Source: Marsupella aquatica (taxonomy: Eukaryota; Plantae; Marchantiophyta). Taken from it: 64,000 nucleotides of DNA. Made by a program: the position numbers and the translations under genes. Shown piece by piece: positions 1 to 10,324 of the stretch (positions within the stretch are counted from its first letter, which is position 1; each line of letters starts with the position of its first letter). The stretch is from positions 5,232,944-5,296,943 of the forward strand of contig OZ316894.1 in NCBI GenBank assembly GCA_973895155.1, read 5' to 3'. Below the pieces are notes generated by a model that had not been told where the DNA came from, did not search any database, and saw nothing but the letters and a program-made list of their open reading frames with translations.

Positions 1-1094
1 AAAGTCTCACCTTTTTATGACTTTTAGTTTAGAAATTAAAATTTAGATAAAACCCCTATTCATTAGTTTTACCACACATTCCCTTTTACAATAGTTAACC
101 CCTAAAATATCTTTTAGTTAGTTTTTCATTCCAGGAACATTCCACTGAACCATAAGTACTCCTGTAGTACACTTTTGTTACTTTTACTTTTACCCATGAC
201 CCTTGAGATAAGAAAGGGCATGTCCTTTCATTATCTTTTTCCCTTTTGGTTCCTCCTAGCCTATAGATAGTAGTTCTCATGTCATTTCTTGTGTGAAGAA
301 ATTTCATGAGCGCTCAGTTGCAAGTCTGCAACTTTGTTACCTCCATTTGTAGCAAGCACTCTATGTTGTTGATGAGTACTTAATACAAATGATTTCTTCC
401 CCTTCCTTGTGTTTGAATGTTGAAATTTCAGACTAGAGAAGTAAAACTTTGTGATTGATGAATCTTTTGAATGTGTGGAGATAGATTCCTTAATTGGTGA
501 AGGCTATACATTCTTGAGTTCTTGATGCATATGTTTTTGGCATAACATTGCTTGTGCATGAGGTGCAAAGAATGTTATCACCCAATTACCTATGACTTTA
601 AGTTGTTGATGATGGTACTTGATATTTGTGACTCAAAGTACCGATTGAATGCTGAAGCGATTGGTTGTTAATCCTAACTTAGTACCTCGGAAGGAAAGGT
701 TGAGATGTGTAGACGGCACCCTAACAACCATCCCAATAAAGTATTCCATTCCAGAAATGTTCTTACAAGTTCAATACCTTAAATCATCTCAAATTAAGTT
801 ATGTTGAGAAGTTACCTTGGTATTTTCCAGACTCCCTCACCATACCTCAAGATTTTCGTTGTGTTTTATTAATTGTTTCCATGCATTTGTTAATTTTATT
901 TTTAATGTTAAGCAAACATTCAAAACTATGCCTTGCTGAGCAACCATAGTAAAAGGCTCACCTTTGTGTTTTGTTACTTAAGTCATTCAAAAGTGCTAAA
1001 TCATAGAAAATCATTCCTTACATGTTCTTCCATGGGAACGAATATCGAGTTTTGGATCTTAAATGTTTATTTATGTCCCTAGTGTGATACTACA
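1..1094 (+). mobile_element. 3' part of an LTR (Athila/Ty3-like), truncated by the window start
   Basis: AT-rich non-coding stretch ending ...gatactaCA (1094; 1098 is an alternative end). It is followed directly by array sequence homologous to 48895 onward. The subterminal motif tgttcttccatgggaac..a..cgagtttt (1023-1053) is shared with the 3' end of the TG..CA element at 49536-53325. The family assignment is inference. Confidence 0.6.
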
Positions 1095-2244
1095 GACATC
1101 GATTTCGCACGTAGAATCAAGGCAGATGAAGGAAATTGATGTAATATTTGGGTAGAGCTGATAAACACACCTCGCAAATTCAAAATTTTTGTCACCCACA
1201 AATTTTGCTGCTTACCAGCACGAGAATTGAGCCAGAGATAAATGTGGAATTCTGTAGATCAATTGAACCACTCCTACCCCATGAGCAGGTACTCGCATTT
1301 GAAAAGTTAAACATTGGAGAGTGACCAAAATTGTCACAACCTGACTTCTTGCCTAGGCATTACCAAAGCACCTAATGCTAATGCCAGTTGCTTTGGATAA
1401 AATCCTGATTGCTTTGGATCCAGAGTGCGCTGGTGAAGGGAGAGGGGATGGGAGACTGCACCATCCACTCGGGCATTCACTCGTTGCGGAGATTGTACTT
1501 TATTCTATTTCAACATCATCTGCGTTAGCTCGTCTACCGCTGCATGAAATTGCGAACATGCAATTCAGGACCTAGGAGTTTGGAAAAGGAGAGACAACTC
1601 AAAATGATCTTCACTATCAGCTATGTATTGGTACTGTGATTGCCGTCATAGCTTCTTTCAGTAGAAATGTGCAAGCATTTAGAGTGATAAGATAAGGGCA
1701 GTGTTGTACGTCGTGGCACAAAGTAGGCGACCATTGATTGACCATAAACTTAGACTGCCACAAATGGACTCAATCTAGGGTGAAAGGAAGACCCTCTCCA
1801 TTTGTATCTCATCTGAGCACTGGTGGCTACAGAAATTGGGAAACATGTCCACCTATCCTCGTCAACGTTGTATGCAAGGACTCGACTGCTAGAGTCCACC
1901 CTAAAAAAATGTAATTACTATCTCCCACAGGTTGACCAAATATATTGCCCACTTTCAGATCAGCGGGAGGGCCCCGAGCCAACTGCACCCAATCGTATAG
2001 CATTTAGATCAATCCTCAGCACCTGCAGAGTCTTGGGATACAACCCCTTCGTAACCAACATCAGCCAGTTCGACTTGCAAACCATCACGTTGACGCTGAC
2101 ATTCTTTAGATCGTCGTCACATGACAACCTCAGTTCCTCAGAAGTCCCTTCCTCTGTGCTGATAACCAGGACATTGTGTGGGTTATTGACTGCCACCATG
2201 TAGAGAACTCCATTGAGATTCATGGCAGTGGAAGGTCTCACAGA

Positions 2245-4235
2245 AAGTTGAGCCTCCAGGGAGAATTACACGCCCTGCTGTTGACCTTCAAGGACAACAA
2301 GACGGGAAGGTAGACAATTTTCATGATTTACAAGTTCAATAGCCACAAACTCAAGTGACAGTTGTCACAACTACAGGAAAACCACTATTGGAGGTTTCAG
2401 TCGATGCCACAAAATTGAAAACCCAATTTCATGATTTACAAGTTCAACAACCACAAACTCAAATGACAGTTGCCACAACTACAGGAGAACCACTATTGGA
2501 GGTTTCAGCCCATGCCACAATTACAGGAGAACCACTATTGGAGGAAACAGGGGACCCACAATTCACAACACAAACCACAGGGACACCAACAGAAGAAAAA
2601 GAGGGAGTTGATCTTGCAATTGGCCCACAGTCGGAAGTTTCTTTCGATTCCACAGCTACAAGAGAACCACTATCGGAGGAAACATGAGACCCGCACCTCA
2701 CAACACAAACCACAGGGACACCAAGAGAAGAAACAGAGGAAGTTGATACTTCTATACGTCTTAGAAGAATTCCTTTCCAGATTTGTAACGACTTAGTTAA
2801 TTTTCATCGGAAATGTGCATACAATCTTGTCGATGACTTGTAATAACTTTGTTAATTTTCGTTGGACATGTGCAAAAATCCTTTTAAACGTCCTGCAAAA
2901 ACGTTCAAGGCAAAAGAGTTCATTTCAGTGTTGCTGATTTGGCATGCCACGATTAGAATCCAGGCAAAAGAGTTCATTTTGGTGTTAATGATTTGGCATG
3001 CCATGATTAGACTCCACTCTCGTTTCCGGTGTGTCACAAATTCAAGTGCTTCCTGACTTATTTTTTTGTTCCGAGTCCCTTGCTTTCTTGTTCTTGTTCT
3101 TCTTTTGTTGTTGTTGTTGTTGTTGCTGGTACTTGCGCTGGACGTGCTCTTCATAAGATAATTATTACATCCGAGAGGGAATATTTTATGTCAGTTTACT
3201 CTCTATACAACGGATAGTCTTTACAAATCCCTTTGAAACGTCCTGCAAAAAAAGTACAAGGCAAAAGAGTTCATTTCAGTGTTGTTGGACCATCGATGGG
3301 TCGTGCTATCGATGGTCTCCTTATCGATGTTCGGGCATCATTGATGTGTGCGGATTCGATTCCACTCTCATTTCTGGTGTGTCCCAGGTTCAAGTGCTTC
3401 CTGTGTTACCTTTTTTGTTCTGCGTCCCTTGTTTTTCACTTCTTCTGCTGCTCTGTTTACAAATCCTTTTGAAGCGTCCTGCAAAAAGTACAAGGTAAAA
3501 GAGTTAATTTCAAACAATTGCCTCAAATCAACTAACACCTACTATAACCCTCACTCTCCTGAAAAGACCGTTTGTTTCTGCCTCACTTTCTTCGTGACTT
3601 ATTTTGTTCGTTCTACGTCTCTTTCCCCCCCCCCTTCCTCTTCTTTTTTTCTCTGTTGCTGCAGTTGCTTGAGCTAGTCGTTCAAGTGCTTCCTGACTTG
3701 CTTTCTTGGGTTTCCTTCCCTTCTTTCTCCCTTCTGCTTTTACTGCTGCTGCTGGTGTTGTGTGTTGATATGGTTGGATATGCTGGGTGTTGATATGGTT
3801 CTTGGGTGTCGATCCAACTCTATGGCATCGGCTGAAACCTTTGATAGTGATCCTGTAGTTGGAGACCCAATTTCATGAATTACAGTGATCATAGTGGTCC
3901 TCCTGTAGCTATGACAACTGTCACTTGAGTTTGTGACTATTGAACTTGTAAATCATGAAATTGGGTCTCCAACTCAAGCATCGAACGGGGCACCTTGTGC
4001 TTCCGTTGGCACAATTCTTGGACTTCCGATAGTTGGATGGCCGACAAAAGCACCTGCTAGACCACATCAACCTTAACATCAACCACAACGACCTTAACAT
4101 ATGATAGCAAAGTTGAAATTTCCTACAAAGCAGTTTCACTTTGACAAAGAAGTGCAAGGTACCTTCTCAATTGCCTGCATTTTCGTCTTGTTGTCCTTGA
4201 AGGTCAACAACAGGGCATGTAATTCTCCCTGGAGG
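2245..4235. mobile_element. Fold-back insertion with inverted arms inside the F-box gene
   Basis: 2253-2319 is the reverse complement of 4169-4235, and 2315-2378 of 3901-3963. The insert is absent from the paralogous F-box segment at 19381-19480, which has about 35 bp here that is missing in unit 1. No TSD seen. Confidence 0.7.
2870..3700. repeat. Three degenerate direct repeats with (GTT)n and low-complexity tracts in the centre of the fold-back insert
   Basis: aaatcc.ttt.aa.cgtcctgcaaaa...caaggyaaaagagtt at about 2876, 3225 and 3461. ttcaagtgcttcctg at 3041, 3389 and 3681. (GTT)n at about 3105-3125. Confidence 0.75.
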
Positions 4236-5399
4236 TTTCTGACTTGGAGTTGTAGATCAGCGCAAAATAGCCACTCCCACCATAGGAGAGGAGGATCATC
4301 TTGTATGTCTTCGTAGATGGGTCTATCACCAGATTGTTGCTGCTGACATAACTAGTCCTCAGCGGACAAGCTGGCAATAGCTTCCAGGTCCGGGTCAAAA
4401 CGTTGGCCACATACAGATTATGCATCTCAGTCCCCGTTTTTGACCAAGGAAACCCATACAACAGAGTTCCTTCCATTCGCCAATATGACCTGGACAGGAA
4501 CTGATTCCGGCTCCCCAGGAACAAATTGTCAGGCAAGAAAGAAAGTGAGGGCAATTTTGCCCAATTTTGAGATGCCATGTCGTAAGCAAGGGCATTCTCC
4601 TTGCCAATGAGGATAGGGGAGAAGCTCTCCCAACTGCTGGACCACTTACCCACCTGATTCTGAAATGATGCAGCTAGGGACTTTTGGGCTTCGTCAGATA
4701 GCGATGAAATGGGCGAGAATCTGGCCAGCCATGATTTCGAGAGGCCCCAAGCTTTGAATATGTACGGGAAAGGCACCATTGCAACCATCCTTTCTACTAA
4801 AATAAATCCTCTGGTAAGATCTGACTCACCTCCCCCAAGTTCTCTCCCACCACCATTTCTGTTGTTGTGGTGCAACTGCTCACGGTTGTGTTCTTTCTAG
4901 AAGACGCAAGTATCTCAGAACATCTGTGATCCAATCCTCTCCGTGCATTGCTCACTGTTGTGTTCATTCTGGAAGCCTCAAGCATTTCAGAACATCTGTA
5001 ATCCAATCCTCTCCCTCCGAGGTCGGATATCCATGCCAATTAAGATTGAAAACCTTTAGGAATCAACCAGGGAGTCAGGCCATCCACAACACTAACCCAC
5101 AAAACAAATGTATTTGAGATTTGTTTCTATAAAGCCACAACACTAACCCACAGAACAAATGTGTTTGAGATTTGTTTCTCTAAAATTCATTCACTCCAAG
5201 TTCTACAGTCAGCTGGATGCTCCTCCACAGCTCGGCGTGGAAACCAGAAATGTAAGTGGCTGGGAGACAACGCAGAACTCGTATACTAGACTGAAAGGGA
5301 ACCATGTAAGGGCCGTGGTGGGGTCTAATTCAAAGATCAATTGCATGATGGGACCTCAAATCCATTTAGTACATGACAGCCAAAGCTTTGAGAAGAGGT

Positions 5400-6900
5400 G
5401 AATGCACATTGCTCCTCCCTGGGAAGGTCTTTGCGAAACATGGTCATTAGAAGAGACTGGTGCGCTAACAACTTCATCACACGCAGCAGTCTGACCCGTG
5501 AACAAAAACTTTCAGTTCAAGCAAAGACGAAAAACTTTCAGTTCAAGTAAAGACGAACTTTGGACAGATTATGGAATACCTGATTGGTGCCTACTTTGAT
5601 ACTCCTAGATGATGATCAATCATCAATCCCGCCATGGCATAGTGAACTTGATCGTGATGAAGCCCTTCGTTCTCCCGACATACCGTCAGACCTGACCATT
5701 GAGAAATTGAGGAGACAAAGATGGATCACTGTCGGACGAGAGGAAGCATTGAGGCACTGTTGTTACTGTAGAAGTTCAGGTAAGAAGCGAGAGCCGACAG
5801 AAGACCTCTAGAGCACAAAAGTGTGGACCTCTGATATTCTCATCAACCATTTGTTTTAACATCTCAGCGTACCTCATTGGCGCTCGCCGAGCACATCGAC
5901 GTATATTATTGAAGATTCTGATTGGTCCACTGGTAAAAATATTCGGGAATTCTGTAAACTCCATTGTTGAGGAGTATCTGAAGAAAAGGCATTGTCGGCT
6001 TTCCACTTTGGTGAGCACCCCTGAAAATTTCTTCCAGTCTCCAGGAGAGCCACGGTGGGGACCTCTTTTGCCCTTGTTTGGGACCAGCTCTCAACTTTTC
6101 GTTTAATTTGCTTTCGTGCTTATTTTCAACACGGTGAGGTAGACTCAGGAATTGAGGGATGTCAAAGATCGTATCACGTGAAGAACCTTGGGCGTCCAGC
6201 CAACGAAGGTGTAGTGCCTGTTGTTCAACAAGTACATGGAACTAGATCCTGCCCAAGCTTCTCCTGCCAACGGGCTTGACGTATGCATGGCGTCAGCCCT
6301 TCCAAAAGCACGCCAATATTGAGTTGCTTCAAATTCACTGAGCATGTTCATACCGCCATAGCCTGCAGGCATCCATGTGGCATTGCACATAGTCAATTGA
6401 ATCTTTGCGCTAGCCACTCTACCGGACGCTGAGATCTTAATTTCTGTTCCGATCGTTCAATTGGCTCACAGGTGAAACTATCTCGATCATTTTGTCACAG
6501 CTGGGCTGAAGAACAAAAGAGACAGCGCTACCATTATCAAATTTCACGACGGGTTTCTCACTCCTTCTAAGTTGTAAGTAAGCTTCAGGGAGTGTCCAAT
6601 CTACTCTTTGAATCAATAGCTCCAATCCGTCTGCTGGCGATGACTGAGAATCTACTTGGCTCGCCCTTGCTCGAGCTGTGGACAAGCAATGAAGAGCTAG
6701 CTCATTGACGAACTCACTTCGACATGATCCCAGACAGATGTGCCAGGGGATTGTTGGCAGCTGTGGCAGGGAGGGTCTTGGGTTTTCTCAGGGTTGGTGG
6801 TGACTTTCTGGTCAAATTCATGGAGGCCTCTATTCTCATGGTGGTTGTTGGTAGCCTACCTAGCCTGTGTTGTTCTCATGGTGGTTGTTAGTAACGCACC
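5400..6900. other. Degenerate coding-like segment of unknown origin (possible TE or gene relic); second copy at about 19990-21510
   Basis: Higher GC content with several broken ORFs (6145-6417 minus, 6437-6685 minus, 5584-5811 plus) whose frames are disrupted differently in the two copies. No domain recognised. Confidence 0.3.
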
Positions 6901-9214
6901 TAGCCCGTGTTGTCAATAGTAACTGATGTTGAGAATAAGTGCTCTTGGGTCGAAGTGAGATGGCCAGGCAATTGCATATTGAGGGGAGTCGGTGAGTCAG
7001 TTTGGCAAGTGGACTTCAATTAGTGTACAAGTTGGGGGGAAAGTGATGGGTTGGACATGGAAAAGGTGCACCCTACAGTGGCCCACGAAGTTACCTCTCA
7101 TAGTTAGGAAAAAAGATGTCCCACAAAGGTACTTCTCATGGTTAGGAAAAGATGTCAAAGTAACGCAACCTCACCTTAATCCAACTGCCAAGGAGTCTTC
7201 CCACCAGATGACATTTTGTAAAGCACACTATGAGAAAGAAATAGTAGGATTGCACATTATAGTGTTTAGAAAGATACAATTTCATATACTCTGAGTCCCT
7301 TTAATTTTCAGGCACTCTCTCATGAGTTCCCTATCAGTCAAATTATCACTCACTCCCATCAGCTGTCTTGCTCGTTTAGAAAACTCTATCAGGCACTCCC
7401 GTTAGGCAAATTTCTTCTCAGCTGATCTTGCTGACTCCTTGTTTTGCTTGGCGGCCTCAATGACTGAACATTTCTAGGGGAAAGAATCATCTTGTCCAAA
7501 CTTGTTGATTCACTCCTTCAATTCAGCCCCACTGAGGAGGACGGTTCTTTGCACTGATGGAAAGACTGATATCTGATACCAACGAGTGATAACTAATGGG
7601 GTTATGACACTCGTTGTCATGTTAGTTGGAGCGCTTGGTCTGGGGAGTAAGGATGAGTGGAAAGATAGGTGAACACCTGAGTCACTAGTATGACCTATTG
7701 ATCACTCAACCTGGCAATTAAAGATTTTCTCTGGAACCAAGCTGTGAAGCTACAAAGTACTCTATACTTAATGTTTTGCGAGTTAAGTTGCAAAAGGTAT
7801 GCCCTGTTGAGAGGTTTGGAAAATCCTCCCGATTTGTTGAGAAGAAATGAGCTTCCTCTAATATGTCTTTTCAAGTTAGTAAACCCTTGAAGGAGGCATT
7901 GCTATGTGCATGGTTGACCAATTTCAGAGGAGAAGCAAAGTGAGATCTTACCAGGGTAATTTCTAGGGTGTTTTTGTTGATTTGCCTAGGCAGTGAATGT
8001 TACCATGTGTCAAGGAGGAGATGCTACAAAATTCATGTGTCCATCCAAGTACCATTGTCAAACATTTTTGTCCATCCCTGCTTCGACTTGCAAACAATGT
8101 TCTATTGATCTTTTTTCATTTTTTCTTTGCATTGTTTACTATCCTATGTATCCCCCACACTAGTGTAAATTACTAATCTGCCCCCAAAACTAAACTAATT
8201 ATCAGATTGCCCCCATTTGGTGTATGGGTTGGCTTAGCTCAACTATACTGACCCATGATTACTGGCATACCATTGGGTTGCGCCCCACTTTAACGGTTGG
8301 AGGGAATTAGTTTGGACAAATTATGAGCCTCAGTCCACGTGTTCCCATAAAAACATGTGGCATCTTGGGCTTGTCTAGTCTGGCTAATCCAACTTACATA
8401 CAAATCGGGGGCAACCTGGTGATTCATTAATTTTCGAGGCAGGTTAGTGAATTTAACTTGTTTGGGGGTAGGGAAGTAAAAGATGGGTTTTTCCTTCTTT
8501 TTTAAATGTGGGGGGAGGGGAAGGGAAACCCTGTCCAAGACAACAAGCCACAAAACCAGCCAGATGTCTCAGGTTCTATTAAGTTTTTTTCCCCAAATCC
8601 CATGAGATTTCTCATTATTTTTCTTGCAGTTTTTGCATCATTCACATGAGACATTACACTTGGTTTGCAACTTTTGGTAGCCACAAACTCCAAAGGTTTA
8701 TTCTTTAAATTCCATTGAGCTTTGAACTCTTGGGGATATCTAGTCTAAAAGACTTATCGTTGCAAACTCCAACAACAAAATCTTCATTTTTTCATTTGAG
8801 TTCAAACTACCTACTGTTCCAGGGTCATTCAAGGGGGCATTCTGTTCAGATAGAAAATCTGGACCCTCAATTTGAGTTTCAACAATAAATTTGAAACATT
8901 TTTTTGTTGTACGTCAAACTTACCTACCAACTTCCCCTGAACAGGTGGCCTGGGCCTTGTATTAGAATAGTGCATGAGGGGGGAGTTCTACTGAAATCAA
9001 AAGCCCTATGGTAGACTTAGCTTCTATTTGCCTTTTTCAAACAGTAAGTTCTGGCAAGGATCATATAGAGCCCTGTTTGAAACATGGCTTAGAACTTTTC
9101 TAATGGAGACAAGGCCGTGTTTGTCTCACTCCATTGGAGACAAAGATTGCATGTGCAAACATAACAACAAAAATTCAATTCACTTCAAGCCTATCCTCCA
9201 ACACAAAGTTCAGG

Positions 9215-9770
9215 TGTTCTATTACAGGATAGCCTCATGTTTTAAGAGATAACACTTTTTGTCAGACTCCGTATTTCTGTGAATTTTCAAGTCTACAATG
9301 GATGATAACTTAAACCTAAAAGTTTCAAATCCTCATTTCCATCAATTTTGGGAAAGAGGGACTTAACCAGGTCCCTTGTGCATCCAAATTCGAGGTTTTA
9401 TATAAATGTTTTGTATAACGGATTGGAGATGCAAATCTAGAAAAGCTTGATAACCTATTGGAATTGTTAAATTCCATAGAAAAGGGATCACAAACACATT
9501 CAGTTAAATAAATGGTTTTTTGTAAATAGTTTTAATTTGAGCAGGTGTTGATTCTAAATCTAGTTTTGTGGATTTTATGCTTAATACATAAGGTCGTAAA
9601 ACATCAGGCTATCTATTACAGGATAGCCTCACGTTTTAAGAGATAACACTTTTTGTAGGACTCTGTGTTTCTGTAATTTTTCAACTCTACAATGCATGTT
9701 AACTTAAATCTAAAAGTTTCAAATCCTCATTTCCATCAATTTTGGGAAAGAGGGATTTAACCAGGTCCCT
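9215..9770. repeat. Pair of ~160 bp direct repeats in the NLR 3' flank
   Basis: ctattacaggatagcctca.gttttaagagataacactttttgt...ccaggtccct occurs at about 9218-9375 and 9613-9770. It is also paired in units 3 and 4, but single in unit 2 (about 23893-24050). Confidence 0.85.
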
Positions 9771-10324
9771 CAGGCGTCTTGTGGACTAGATGGGCACCAT
9801 AGATGGATTTTAGACTTTACCAGCCCGTCTGACGGTGGATTGTCCAAAGTATTGAGATGTGGTTACACCTCACACTTGAATGCAGTCAACACTAGGTCCT
9901 CCTCCGCTAAGCAGGGTGCGACCACTTGACTCAGAGCATCTGAAGAATATATATTAAGCTTTGGTAAGACTTAATATTTTACTTGATTACAGAATGAACC
10001 CTGTTGGAGCTGAAAAGTGCTTGGTGTGATCTATGAAGTTCAAGCTACTTAACAAAAAACGTTTTGTACATCTCCAACACTCAAATCCTATATACTCAAA
10101 ATCTTGCCTAATCTGGCTTCGTAGTGCATAATTATGTAGGACTCCACATAGGCATCCACTTTGCTAACCAGAAAACAAGTAACAAAAATTAGGTTTTCTG
10201 GGCAATATGACATAAATTGGGCTAGTGAGAGACTACGTGTGCTAGCGAAGTGGTGTCTATTTGGGTTTTTCCCTCGTATGACAGAAACGTTTGCCAATAC
10301 CACCAAAAATTCCTCCCATGGTAC

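Larger units (their letters stand above)
1750..5034 (-). pseudogene. F-box protein with kelch/beta-propeller-like C-terminus; frameshifted and split by a 2 kb insertion
   Basis: ORFs 4797-5039, 4204-4875 and 1960-2241 plus the tail join into ILPEDL(F)LVERMVAMVPFPYIFKAWGLSKSW (F-box-like) ...LYVANVLTRTWKLLP... LNGVLYMV ...VLAYNVDEDRW...SSFHPRLSPFVAV* (stop 1750-1752). Frameshifts at 4799-4802 and 1988-1990. Insertion at 2245-4235. The start codon is approximate. Confidence 0.75.

Noticed and set aside
2355-2796. Thr/Glu-rich repetitive ORFs as a standalone gene
   Set aside because: They lie in the left arm of the fold-back insert, follow in-frame stops and start at non-ATG codons. Treated as part of the captured relic.
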